Shown here piece after piece: positions 1-8,217 of a stretch of DNA of 24,000 nt. Made by a program: the position numbers and the translations under genes. Source of the stretch: Feifaniaceae bacterium. Lineage in GTDB: Bacteria; Bacillota; Clostridia; Christensenellales; CAG-138. The DNA lies in assembly GCA_035561315.1 (NCBI GenBank), contig DATMXR010000268.1, forward strand, positions 2,951 to 26,950, read 5' to 3'. The notes under the pieces are model-generated. The model saw only the letters and a program-made list of their open reading frames with translations. It was not told where the DNA came from and ran no database searches. Within the stretch, counting starts at the first letter, position 1. Every line of letters starts with the position of its first letter.

Positions 1-1034
1 GAGGAGGAAATGATGATCTTGCTCGCCTTGTCGTCGTTGATGAGCTTCGATTCCTCCGCCGTCTGCGCCACGCGCAGGGTGGGAAAATCAAAGGGCGAGC
101 CGGTTTTTGCCATTTCACGCGCTTCCTCGTCGTAATAACCCTCGGCGCAGCGCTCGTATATCTTGGTGGCGTCGATGCCCAAGGGGCTGTCGATATACAC
201 CGGGACATGCTCGAGCGCGGGCAGCCTGCCCTTTAACAGGATGCGCTTGATGTAGTATAAAAGCTCCTGCGTCCTGCCCACCGCGAACGACGGGATGACG
301 ATGTTGCCGCCGCGTGCGAGCGCCGAGCGGAACGCCTCTACAAGCTCCGCTTCCTTGTCCTCCTCGGTGCTGACTTCGTGCTCCCGGTCGCCGTACGTGC
401 CTTCCATTACCACGAAATCCGCGGCGCCGATCGTTTCCGGATCCTCCAGTATGGGCCTGTCCCCCCGGCCGACGTCGCCGGAAAACACCACCTTGTTGGT
501 TTTTCCGCCTTCGGTCACCCAAACCTCCACGGCCGCGGAGCCCAAGAGGTGGCCGATGTTTTTTAAACGGACTTTGACGCCCGGGAAGAGCTGCACCGCT
601 TCGTCGTAGGAAATGCCGCGGTAGAGCTTGAGCGCGTTCTCTGCGTCCTCGATATCGTAGAGCGGCTCCACGGCGGGCTTGCCCGCGCGCATGTTCTTCC
701 TTGTCTGCCACTCCGCTTCCTGCATCTGGATATGCGCGCTGTCCGGCAGCATGATGGTGCAAAGCTGCGCCGTGGCCTCCGTGCAGACGATGGGGCCGGA
801 AAACCCGCGCTTCACGAGCAGCGGCAGAAGCCCGCTGTGGTCGATATGCGCGTGGGTGAGCACCACGGCGCTGATTTCCTTTGGATCGAACGGGAAGGTA
901 TCTTCGCCGTATACCCCCTTCGCGTCCTCGCCCTGGCGCATGCCGCAGTCCACCAAAAGCTTGCCGCCCTCCCAGGAAAGCAGGTGGCAGGAACCGGTCA
1001 CCGCGCGCGCCGCGCCGAAAAATGCAAGCTTCAT
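1..1034 (-). CDS. MBL-fold metallo-hydrolase, beta-CASP (RNase J/CPSF-like) type; C-terminal end lies beyond the window start
   Basis: Not in the ORF track (no stop inside the window). Minus-strand translation from ATG 1034..1032 reads MKLAFFGAARAVTGSCHLL...VVLTHAHIDHSGLLP (HxHxDH motif)...VVMEGTYGDREH...IPSFAVGRTQELLYY and stays open to position 1. AAAGGA lies 8 nt upstream of the ATG. Confidence 0.8.
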   Translation of the reverse strand, partial: MKLAFFGAARAVTGSCHLLSWEGGKLLVDCGMRQGEDAKGVYGEDTFPFDPKEISAVVLTHAHIDHSGLLPLLVKRGFSGPIVCTEATAQLCTIMLPDSAHIQMQEAEWQTRKNMRAGKPAVEPLYDIEDAENALKLYRGISYDEAVQLFPGVKVRLKNIGHLLGSAAVEVWVTEGGKTNKVVFSGDVGRGDRPILEDPETIGAADFVVMEGTYGDREHEVSTEEDKEAELVEAFRSALARGGNIVIPSFAVGRTQELLYYIKRILLKGRLPALEHVPVYIDSPLGIDATKIYERCAEGYYDEEAREMAKTGSPFDFPTLRVAQTAEESKLINDDKASKIIISS

Positions 1035-1069
1035 AAAACAAATCCTTTTCGCTTCTGTTTATAAAAATT

Positions 1070-1099
1070 CCAAAAAACAGGACGCCGGGGGCGGCGTCC
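1070..1099 (-). terminator. Intrinsic terminator after the first DegV gene
   Basis: Minus strand: GGACGCCG-CCCC-CGGCGTCC (8-bp GC stem, 1080..1099) followed by TGTTTTTTGG (1070..1079), just downstream of the stop at 1107. Confidence 0.6.
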
Positions 1100-1106
1100 C
1101 TTCCGG

Positions 1107-1994
1107 TTATCCCTTGAGCGCCGCGCGGCTTTTGCCGAAATAGCACACGGCAAGCGTGCCCGGCCCGCAGTGGCAGCCGATGACGGGGCCTACGGGGTGG
1201 ATGCGCACCTCCCTGGGCCGCACGGTTTTTTTGAGCAGTTCTTCCAGCGCAAGCGCCTCGTCCATGCAATCCGCCTGGCAGATGACTATGGACTGTTCCT
1301 CCGGTTTTTCGATCGTCGCGGCGCAGCGGTCCACCAAAAAGCGCACCGCGCGCTTGCGGCCCTTGATCTTTTCCAAAGGCACGAGCTGCCCTTCCGGGCT
1401 TTCGTACAGGACGGGCTTGATCTCGAGCACCGTTCCGAAGAACGCCGCGGCGCCGCTTAGACGCCCCCCGCGCTTGAGATACTCGAGGTTATCCACCGTA
1501 AAGAGCGCACAGGCGCGCTGCTTGTTCGCTTCCGCCCAATCCCGGATCTCATCGAGCGTACGGCCTTCCTCCTGCATGCGGGTGGCTTCCTCCACCAAAA
1601 GGGCGAGCGGGGCGGATATGGCCAAAGTATCCACAAGCTCGATGCGGCGTTCAGGATATTTTTCCCTGAGCTCCGCCGCCGCCGCCACCTCGTTCTGGAA
1701 CGTGCCCGAAAGCGCGGAGGAAAACCCGATGTGCAAAATGTCCTTGCCCTGCTGTAAAAATGGCTCAAAATATTCAATGATTTCGTTTTGGTTGCGCAGG
1801 GCGGTGACGACGTTTGCGCCGTTTCGCATTTGCTCATAGAACGCGGGGATGTCGGTCTCCCGGCCGAGATCGTAAGTGAGCTCCACCCCGTTGATGACGT
1901 AGGGCATGCGAAGCACTCCTACGCCCGTCCGGTCCTCCCACGAAAACGGGAGTTCGGAATTGGACTCCGTTGTAATGACAAAGTTCTTATCCAT
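1107..1994 (-). CDS. DegV family fatty-acid-binding protein
   Basis: ORF track 1107..2060. I place the start at ATG 1994 (MDKNFVITTESNSELPF...), preceded by AAAAGGAGTC; the longer ORF would overlap the upstream gene. The sequence is DegV-like throughout (...HIGFSSALSGTFQ...TLAISAPLALLV...FTVDNLEYLKRGGRLS...). Confidence 0.9.
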   Translation of the reverse strand: MDKNFVITTESNSELPFSWEDRTGVGVLRMPYVINGVELTYDLGRETDIPAFYEQMRNGANVVTALRNQNEIIEYFEPFLQQGKDILHIGFSSALSGTFQNEVAAAAELREKYPERRIELVDTLAISAPLALLVEEATRMQEEGRTLDEIRDWAEANKQRACALFTVDNLEYLKRGGRLSGAAAFFGTVLEIKPVLYESPEGQLVPLEKIKGRKRAVRFLVDRCAATIEKPEEQSIVICQADCMDEALALEELLKKTVRPREVRIHPVGPVIGCHCGPGTLAVCYFGKSRAALKG

Positions 1995-2025
1995 CGGCAG
2001 GACTCCTTTTTTGTTATTGTCGACG

Positions 2026-2898
2026 TCAGTGCCTGCTGCCGCCGAAGAACGCGACGCCAACGGCGCCCGGGCCCGCGTAGCTGCCGCAGATGGGGCCCAT
2101 GGGCAGTATGGCCGTGTCCGCGCATCCGGCTTCGAGCAGAAGTTCGCTTACGCTTTTTGCAAGCTCGGGCGCGTCCGCATGCGTGACGCCCACCACCTGC
2201 TTGTTGAGCGCATAGCCCAGCCGCTCCGTCGCGTCCACCAGGAAGTTTAGCGCGTCCTCCTCGCTGCGCGCCTTTTTTTCCGGAGCCAAAAGGCCGTCCG
2301 CGTCCATCCGCAGTATGACCCGGCGGCCCATTAGCTCGCCGATCGCTCCGCCTTCATAGAAGCCCCCCGCGCGCAGCCACCGGGTATCCTGCGGCAGCAG
2401 CAGGGCGTTGACATAGCGGCGGTTCTCCACGACCCATTTCGCGACTTCGTCCAGGCTCTTGCCCTCCTGCCGCATGAAAGCGGCCTCAAACACCAGCATG
2501 CCCTGCGCCGCGGCGCAGCAGAGCGTATCCGCCACCACAATCCTTCGCTTGGGGTAATGCGCCAAGAGTTCCTCCCTGGCGTGCTGGGCCGCGACAAACG
2601 TGCGGCTCAAATGCTTGGAAAGCGTCAGCATCAGGATATCCCGCCCGGATATCAGATGCGGCTCCCACAGCGAAACAAACGCTTCGGGCAGCACCGGTAT
2701 GGTGCTTACCTCGGCGCCGTTGCGCATGGCGAAATAGAATGCGGAAAGATCGGTTTCGCGCCCGAGGCTGTAGGCATAGGCGGTGCCGTCCATTTTGTAG
2801 TGCAGGTGCGCAAGCTCGATCTGCTGCTGTTTCGCGCTGCCCCAGGGCATATCCGCACTGGTATCCGTAAAGAGTACATAGGCGCTTTCCCGGTTCAT
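2026..2898 (-). CDS. DegV family protein (tandem paralog)
   Basis: ORF track 2026..2970. Start set at ATG 2898 (MNRESAYVLFTDTSADMP...), with AAGAGG upstream. Same DegV architecture as the neighbour, 31 nt upstream of it. Confidence 0.9.
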   Translation of the reverse strand: MNRESAYVLFTDTSADMPWGSAKQQQIELAHLHYKMDGTAYAYSLGRETDLSAFYFAMRNGAEVSTIPVLPEAFVSLWEPHLISGRDILMLTLSKHLSRTFVAAQHAREELLAHYPKRRIVVADTLCCAAAQGMLVFEAAFMRQEGKSLDEVAKWVVENRRYVNALLLPQDTRWLRAGGFYEGGAIGELMGRRVILRMDADGLLAPEKKARSEEDALNFLVDATERLGYALNKQVVGVTHADAPELAKSVSELLLEAGCADTAILPMGPICGSYAGPGAVGVAFFGGSRH

Positions 2899-2968
2899 AA
2901 CGGCGACCTCTTTTTTGCAGGCTGGTTCTGTTTGCTCCGGCAGCGATTTTTGCTGGCCGAGTAATACC

Positions 2969-2997
2969 ATTATAGCCGATACGCCCCCTATTTACAA
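2969..2997 (-). promoter_or_regulatory. Sigma-A-like promoter for the DegV pair
   Basis: Minus strand TTGTAA (2997..2992), 17-nt spacer, TATAAT (2974..2969), about 70 nt upstream of ATG 2898. Confidence 0.55.
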
Positions 2998-3039
2998 AAA
3001 AAATATGCCGTCACAGGCCGGTATCCGGCCGCGGCGGCA
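2996..3039 (-). terminator. Intrinsic terminator after the yugP-like gene
   Basis: Minus strand TGCCG..GGCCGG-ATA-CCGGCC..CGGCA (two-part stem with an internal loop, 3006..3039) followed by ATATTTTTTTT (A-run 2996..3003 on plus). Confidence 0.6.
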
Positions 3040-3053
3040 CATAGGTTCCGGGG

Positions 3054-3752
3054 CTACCGGCTCCTGCGGCTGCGGTTGGCGATGCCCAAAAGCCTGAGGA
3101 AGTTCGCCAGGCTTGCCAGGGCGGCCACCACATAGGTGAACGCGGCGGCGCGCAGCACCTTTTTGGCCTGCGGCACCTCGTCATAGCTCAGATATCCGCC
3201 GGAGGAAAGCATTTCGACCGCGCGGCTGCTGGCATTAAACTCCACCGGCAGCGTCACGACCTGAAAGAGAAGCATGGCGCCAAACAGTATGACCCCCGCC
3301 ATGGCGAGGTTGTAGTTGCTGAACAGCAGCCCGGCGATGACGATCCACGGCGCGGCCTGCGAGCCGAAGCTTGCGACGGGCAGGATGGCGTTGCGGACGC
3401 GGATGGGGAGATACCCCTGCTCATACTGCATGACATGGCCGATCTCATGCGCGGCCACGGCGATTGCGGCCACGGAGCGCTCGTGATACACGGTCTGGCT
3501 CAGGCCCACGATATTGGTCTTCGGGTTGAAATGGTCCGTAAGCTCTCCGCCCACGGACGCCACCTGCACCGGGCTGCCCTGCTGCCGCAGCAGTTCCCTT
3601 GCAATGTCCGCGGCGGGCATGTTTGCGCTTGCCGTGACCCGGTCGTATTTCTGAAAGGTGCGCCGCACGGCACCCTGCGCGATCATGCTGAGTATCATGG
3701 CCCCGATAATCAGCCATAGGGTGCTGTCATATCCGAATGCGGGATAATACAT
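3054..3752 (-). CDS. yugP: YugP-like putative neutral zinc metallopeptidase (membrane)
   Basis: ORF track 3054..3755 begins at a TTG; the next codon, ATG 3752, lies 7 nt after AGGAGG (3765..3760). HEIGH (HExxH) motif, hydrophobic N-terminal and C-terminal segments, family-typical MYYP...DSTLWL start. Confidence 0.85.
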   Translation of the reverse strand: MYYPAFGYDSTLWLIIGAMILSMIAQGAVRRTFQKYDRVTASANMPAADIARELLRQQGSPVQVASVGGELTDHFNPKTNIVGLSQTVYHERSVAAIAVAAHEIGHVMQYEQGYLPIRVRNAILPVASFGSQAAPWIVIAGLLFSNYNLAMAGVILFGAMLLFQVVTLPVEFNASSRAVEMLSSGGYLSYDEVPQAKKVLRAAAFTYVVAALASLANFLRLLGIANRSRRSR

Positions 3753-3778
3753 CAAAACACCTCCTGATATTTCTTGCC

Positions 3779-3807
3779 ATCGACAAAGTCCTGCGGACTT
3801 TATCGAT
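3779..3807 (-). promoter_or_regulatory. 13-bp-arm inverted repeat / RNA hairpin just upstream of the yugP RBS
   Basis: ATCGACAAAGTCC-TGC-GGACTTTATCGAT. The single C/A mismatch on plus becomes a G-U wobble in the minus-strand transcript. No U-tract follows, so it is not a terminator. Confidence 0.4.
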
Positions 3808-3823
3808 GGGGTTCCTGCAGGTT

Positions 3824-3850
3824 AAAATGCCGCTCCTGGCGGCATTTTTT
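3824..3850 (-). terminator. Terminator-like hairpin inside the yugP leader
   Basis: AAAATGCCGC-TCCTG-GCGGCATTTT (7 GC-rich bp plus A-U extensions). On the minus strand the tail after the stem is only UUUUAACC, so termination strength is uncertain. Confidence 0.4.
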
Positions 3851-3853
3851 CCA

Positions 3854-3945
3854 CCGATTTGACGTACATGTCGCCAAATCGGATTGAATGCGGGGAATTC
3901 GCGAATCCCCCACACCCCGAAGAAGGCAGACCCTGAACCATCTTC
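3854..3945 (-). promoter_or_regulatory. Three further stem-loops of the yugP leader (candidate cis-regulatory RNA)
   Basis: 3919..3945: 9 pairs with one U-U mismatch. 3892..3911: GGGGGAUU-CGCG-AAUUCCCC. 3854..3882: CCGATTTG-N13-CAAATCGG. The first two contain G-U pairs that exist only in the minus-strand RNA. Confidence 0.35.
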
Positions 3946-3956
3946 TGATATTTTTT

Positions 3957-3965
3957 AGTATAACA
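3957..3965 (-). promoter_or_regulatory. Extended -10 promoter element (TGtTATACT) for the yugP leader
   Basis: Minus strand TGTTATACT immediately after the upstream terminator. No good -35 is present. Confidence 0.35.
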
Positions 3966-3995
3966 CGAAACAGGCGCAACATATCGTCGCGCCTG
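3962..3995 (-). terminator. Intrinsic terminator after the 343-aa hypothetical gene
   Basis: Minus strand CAGGCGC-N11-GCGCCTG (3971..3995) followed by TTTCGTGTT, 17 nt after the stop at 4012. Confidence 0.55.
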
Positions 3996-4011
3996 TGAAC
4001 GGTTTGTGATA

Positions 4012-5043
4012 TTAGTCCTCGGTGATGTTGTCGATTTTGTCCCCGTCAAACGTGAAGGAGAACACCCGCACCGGTACGACGCCGTCCTTGGGTGGGTACG
4101 TAAGCCCGATCGCTTTGTCCTGCCGGGAAAACGGCAGCCGCACGCCCGTAAATTCCCCGAAGAACTGCCGCATGGTCTCCGGCGCGAGGCCGTCCTGCAG
4201 CGCGGGCGTCAGGTAGGAGAGCGCCTCGTCCCATAATTCCAGCAGCACGGCTTCGCAGAACGCGCGCACAAGCTGCCTGCCCGGCATGGGCGGAGGCGGC
4301 GAATGCGTGAAAAAGCCCACGGCAGGCTCCTCTTTGATATACTCCCCGCCGGTATAGCGGTAAATTTCCTTGCGCTCGTGCATCAGCAGCGTATCTAGGC
4401 GCGTAAAGCTTACGGCGTGCTCCTTCTGCATGCCCACCGCGTCCCCCGCGATGCGCAGCTTTTCCTGATACGACTGATCCAGCACCAGCAGCATTTTGCC
4501 GTAGCCCTCCGGGAGGTCCCCGCCCGGCAGGTCAGCTTCCCCCGCCACCACGCACAGCGCGCGGTCTCCGGCCAGGCTGACGTTCCCCGTCCGCCCTTCC
4601 AGAAGCGTCGTGCCGTAGAGGATGCGCACGCCGCCCTCCACGGCGAATTTGAGCCCGCTGTCGTAATAGAGCGTCGCCACGCAGCCGTCCGGCAGCGAGA
4701 TCTGGTCCACCGTATAGGGGAACACGGTGACCGGCTGCGCGGGCAGCGCCCCCGGGGACAGCACGGCCTCATAGACGCTGTCCGGCCAGGCGTAAAGCTC
4801 CACGTCGGCGCTCTGCACGGGCTGCGGCAGGCCGTCCTGGAAGCGGAGCTTGCGCACCACGGGGTACAGGCCGTACGCGTCGCCGCTGAGCGGATATACG
4901 CCGATGTAATATTCCGTGTCGTTGTCGAGAGGCAGCACAAGATGCCCTTCCGGCGAGGCCTCGCCTATGAGCCTGCCGTTGAGTTCCACCGCCGCATGCG
5001 CGTAGCGCGTGCGCAAAAGCAGCATGGGCATATATGGTTTCAT
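4012..5043 (-). CDS. Hypothetical protein, 343 aa, no motif recognised
   Basis: Uninterrupted ORF with non-shadow amino-acid composition. GGGGGTGA lies 6 nt before ATG 5043 and the gene has its own terminator. I see no TM segment, signal peptide or catalytic motif. Confidence 0.75.
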   Translation of the reverse strand: MKPYMPMLLLRTRYAHAAVELNGRLIGEASPEGHLVLPLDNDTEYYIGVYPLSGDAYGLYPVVRKLRFQDGLPQPVQSADVELYAWPDSVYEAVLSPGALPAQPVTVFPYTVDQISLPDGCVATLYYDSGLKFAVEGGVRILYGTTLLEGRTGNVSLAGDRALCVVAGEADLPGGDLPEGYGKMLLVLDQSYQEKLRIAGDAVGMQKEHAVSFTRLDTLLMHERKEIYRYTGGEYIKEEPAVGFFTHSPPPPMPGRQLVRAFCEAVLLELWDEALSYLTPALQDGLAPETMRQFFGEFTGVRLPFSRQDKAIGLTYPPKDGVVPVRVFSFTFDGDKIDNITED

Positions 5044-5250
5044 TTTGCGTCACCCCCATATCCATGCTATGCGGGCGTCGGCGCGGACAGACCCTTCAAA
5101 AGGCCTTTGGGAAAGCCTGCCTGCTTCCTTTTCCCTTTTTTGCAAAAGCGTAGGGGGCGATGTCCACATCGCCCTTATGCCGAAAGAACATAGCAAACGC
5201 CGCCGCCCCGCTTTTTTGCCGCCTGCCCCCTGTCTGCCCGGGCCATGCTG

Positions 5251-5259
5251 TGGTATACT
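5251..5259 (+). promoter_or_regulatory. Extended -10 element (TGgTATACT) upstream of asnS
   Basis: TGGTATACT about 80 nt upstream of ATG 5338. The -35 (TGTCTG) is poor. Confidence 0.4.
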
Positions 5260-5337
5260 CAAAGAAAGAATGGAGCGCAAAACGGCCTATTGCTCCGCAA
5301 TCCCAAATATGAAAGCAGTTCTATGGAGGACTATTCC

Positions 5338-6717
5338 ATGAAACACAAACTCAGGCTTTTGCACAGCGACCCTGCAAAGTACGCCGGGCCGATCACCGTT
5401 TACGGCTGGGCGCGCACCGTGCGCGAAGGAAAGACCGCGGGCTTTATCGAGCTGGTGGACGGCTCCGGCTTCAAGCCCGTGCAGGTGGTGTTCCCGCGGG
5501 ATGAACGGGACATAGGCCGCGCGCTTTCCACCGGCTGCGCCCTGAAAGCGGAGGGCACGCTCGTCCTGACGCCGGACGCCCCGCAGCCCTTTGAAATACA
5601 GGCGGCGGCGCTTACCATACTGGGCGGATGCCCGCCGGAATACCCGCTGCAGAAAAAGCGGCACAGCCTGGAGTACCTGCGCACCATGCAGCACCTGCGC
5701 CCGCGCACGAACACGTTCCAGGCGGTGTTCCGCGTGCGCTCGGTGGCCGCCGCCGCGGTGCACGCGTTCTTCCAGCAGCGTGGGTTCGTGTATGTGCACA
5801 CTCCCATACTCACCGGAAGCGACTGCGAGGGCGCGGGCGAAATGTTCCGCGTGACGACGCTGGATTTGGACAACCTCCCGCGCAACGGGCAAAAAGAGAT
5901 CGACTATTCCAAGGACTTTTTCGGCCAGAGCGTGAACCTGACCGTGAGCGGCCAGCTCTACGGCGAAGCGTACGCGCTTGCATTCGGCGATATCTATACG
6001 TTCGGGCCGACATTCCGCGCGGAAAATTCCTATACCGCGCGCCACGCGGCGGAGTTCTGGATGATAGAGCCCGAAATGGCGTTCTGCGACCTCGCGGGCG
6101 ACATGGAGACCGCCGAGGCTATGGTGAAGTACGTATTGAAGGACGTGCTTGAAAAGTGCCCGGAGGAAATGGCGTTCTTCAACAGCTTCATAGACAAGGG
6201 CCTGCTGGAGCGGCTCGATAACGTCGTGAACAACGAGTTCGCGCATGTGACGTATACGGAAGCCGTCAGGCTGCTGGAGGAGAGCGGCACCGGGTTCCAG
6301 TACCCCGTGAGCTGGGGATGCGACCTGCAGACCGAGCACGAGCGCTACCTGACCGAGCAGGTCTACAAGCGCCCCGTGTTCGTGACGGATTACCCCAGGG
6401 AGATCAAGGCCTTCTACATGCGCCAGAACGACGATGGGAAAACCGTGGCGGCCATGGATCTTTTGGTGCCCGGCGTGGGCGAGATCATAGGCGGCAGCCA
6501 GCGCGAGGAGCGGCTGGATGTTTTGACCCGCCGCATGGAAGAGTTAAAAATGGATATGGAGCCCTACGGCTGGTACCTGGAGCTTCGGCGCTACGGCGGG
6601 GTGTACCACGCGGGCTACGGCCTGGGCTTTGAGCGGCTGGTCATGTATTTGACCGGTATGGCGAACATCCGGGACGTGCTTCCATTCCCGCGCACGGCGG
6701 GTTCCCTGGAACTGTAG
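5338..6717 (+). CDS. asnS: Asparagine--tRNA ligase
   Basis: ORF track 5245..6717. Start set at ATG 5338 (MKHKLRLL...), 7 nt after GGAGGA. Class IIb synthetase with the AsnRS-typical [27 protein letters not shown] and a C-terminal [13 protein letters not shown]...RDV..FPR. Confidence 0.92.
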   Translation: MKHKLRLLHSDPAKYAGPITVYGWARTVREGKTAGFIELVDGSGFKPVQVVFPRDERDIGRALSTGCALKAEGTLVLTPDAPQPFEIQAAALTILGGCPPEYPLQKKRHSLEYLRTMQHLRPRTNTFQAVFRVRSVAAAAVHAFFQQRGFVYVHTPILTGSDCEGAGEMFRVTTLDLDNLPRNGQKEIDYSKDFFGQSVNLTVSGQLYGEAYALAFGDIYTFGPTFRAENSYTARHAAEFWMIEPEMAFCDLAGDMETAEAMVKYVLKDVLEKCPEEMAFFNSFIDKGLLERLDNVVNNEFAHVTYTEAVRLLEESGTGFQYPVSWGCDLQTEHERYLTEQVYKRPVFVTDYPREIKAFYMRQNDDGKTVAAMDLLVPGVGEIIGGSQREERLDVLTRRMEELKMDMEPYGWYLELRRYGGVYHAGYGLGFERLVMYLTGMANIRDVLPFPRTAGSLEL

Positions 6718-6745
6718 CGGCGGGCGGTTTTAGTGGCAGGGTAGT

Positions 6746-7378
6746 ATGGAGAAGGATATCAAAATCACAAGCCCGCGTTATCAGCAGATCGCCGCGGATA
6801 TCGCCGCTAAAATCGCAAGCGGGCATTATAAGCAGGGCGAAAAGATATACGCCCGTTCCAGCCTCGCAAGCCAGTACGGCGTTTCTTCCGAAACGGCGCG
6901 CAGGGCCATCTGCGTGCTTTCCGACATGCGCATTGTGGACGCTACAAAGGGAAGCGGGGTCGTCATCACGTCGGCGGACAACGCGCGCCGGTTTGTTCAG
7001 CAATACTCGGACACCGGCACGGTAAGCAACCTGCGCAAGGAAATTTTAAAAAGCATCGAGCGCCAGAATCAGGAGCTTTTGACGCTTAAGGAGCAGATCG
7101 GCGGATTGATCGACAAAACCGAGCGGTTCCGCTCCATCAATCCGTTCGTCCCGTTTGAGATTACCATCAGCGCCGCGACGCCGCATCTTGGAAAGACGGC
7201 GTCGGAGCTGAATTTCTGGCATAACACCGCCGCCACCATCGTCGCCATACGGCGGGGGCAGACGCTGATCCTTTCCCCCGGCCCGTACAGTTCCTTCCAG
7301 GCGGAGGACACGATTTATTTTATTGGGGACGAATGCTGCCTGGAGCGCGTGAAGGAATTCCTGTATCCCGCCCAGTAG
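6746..7378 (+). CDS. GntR-family transcriptional regulator with C-terminal TrkA-C (RCK_C) domain
   Basis: The N-terminus PRYQQIAADIAAKIASGHYKQGEKIYARSSLASQYGVSSETARRAICVL is a GntR wHTH. The C-terminus ...LGKTASELNFWHNTAATIVAIRRGQTLILSPGPYSSFQAEDTIYFIGD resembles TrkA-C. Confidence 0.85.
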   Translation: MEKDIKITSPRYQQIAADIAAKIASGHYKQGEKIYARSSLASQYGVSSETARRAICVLSDMRIVDATKGSGVVITSADNARRFVQQYSDTGTVSNLRKEILKSIERQNQELLTLKEQIGGLIDKTERFRSINPFVPFEITISAATPHLGKTASELNFWHNTAATIVAIRRGQTLILSPGPYSSFQAEDTIYFIGDECCLERVKEFLYPAQ

Positions 7379-7449
7379 CCCTTTTCCCCGCCAACCTTTT
7401 CGGGGCTGCCTTAACCGGCGGCCCTATTCTTTTCTTCACAGATCAGCCG

Positions 7450-7462
7450 TGTTACAATAACA
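7450..7462 (+). promoter_or_regulatory. Extended -10 (TGtTACAAT) embedded in palindrome TGTTA-CAA-TAACA; candidate GntR operator
   Basis: 5-3-5 palindrome of the GT..AC type overlapping TACAAT (7453..7458), about 55 nt upstream of the epimerase ATG. Confidence 0.3.
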
Positions 7463-7514
7463 TAAAGAAGCAATTCCAAAATTTCGGTGCGTATGCAATC
7501 AAAAAGGAGTCCGT

Positions 7515-8198
7515 ATGCAAAAAGCGATCAAGATCTCCCCCTCGGTCATGTGCTGCAAGCTTTGGGAGGTGGAGCCGCATATCCGCCTGTTTGAGGAAGC
7601 GGGGCTCGATTCCATCCACTTCGACGTCATGGACGGGCATTATGTAAAAAACATCATGCTGGGCACCAACTATTATTCCAACATCAAGGAACTGACGAAG
7701 CTGCCCGTGGACCTGCACCTGATGTGCCTGGAGCCGGAGCGGTATATCGAATATTTCAAGCCCCGGGAAGGGGACCGCGTATGCTTCCACCCGGAAACCG
7801 CAAACCACCCGTACCGGCTGCTGCAGGAATTGCGCGCAAAAGGGGTGAGGGCGGGGCTTGCCTTGAACCCCGGCACACCGGTGGAATTGCTGCGCGAATA
7901 TAAAAACGTAATGGATTACGTGCTGGTCATGACGGTCAACCCCGGCTTTGCTGCGCAGACGCTCGTGCCGGACGGCATTGAAAAGATCCGCCGCGTCGCG
8001 GCGATTTTGGAGGAACGCGGCATGGATGCTGTCGACGTATTCGTGGACGGCAACACCACCTACGAGAACACCGCAAAAATGGTGGCCGCGGGCGCGAACG
8101 GCCTCGTGGCGGGAACGGCCTCGCTGATGAAGGGGTTAAGCGGCTTTTTGGAGCGGTACAGGGAATACCTCGCGCTGGCGCAGGCCGCGCAAAGATAA
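7515..8198 (+). CDS. Ribulose-phosphate 3-epimerase family protein (allulose-6-P 3-epimerase-like)
   Basis: AAAAAGGAG RBS. Motifs ISPSVMC..., HFDVMDGHYV, MTVNPGFAAQ, VDGN. Confidence 0.85.
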   Translation: MQKAIKISPSVMCCKLWEVEPHIRLFEEAGLDSIHFDVMDGHYVKNIMLGTNYYSNIKELTKLPVDLHLMCLEPERYIEYFKPREGDRVCFHPETANHPYRLLQELRAKGVRAGLALNPGTPVELLREYKNVMDYVLVMTVNPGFAAQTLVPDGIEKIRRVAAILEERGMDAVDVFVDGNTTYENTAKMVAAGANGLVAGTASLMKGLSGFLERYREYLALAQAAQR

Positions 8199-8217
8199 AA
8201 TAGAAAGAAGGCCGCGC

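Noticed and set aside
115-1269. Long ORFs antisense to or overlapping called genes, e.g. 115..1269(-), 4417..5193(+), 5287..6339(-), 8574..9107(-), 12690..13334(-), 15684..16739(-) and 21652..22554(+).
   Set aside because: They are extremely Arg/Ala/Gly/Pro-rich and have no RBS. Each overlaps a gene with clear family motifs on the other strand or frame. This is the typical shadow-ORF pattern of high-GC DNA.
5044-5337. Possible T-box leader upstream of asnS.
   Set aside because: I find no T-box sequence (AAnnnGGGUGGUACCGCG-like), no GA/K-turn stem I with an AAC specifier and no terminator/antiterminator pair. The leader after the TGgTATACT element is only about 70 nt.
7488-7526. Direct repeat CGTATGCAA..AAAAAG around the epimerase start, and a 31-codon upstream ORF from ATG 7493.
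   Set aside because: The repeat is short. The upstream ORF has no RBS and is out of frame with the epimerase, overlapping it. Most likely coincidental.
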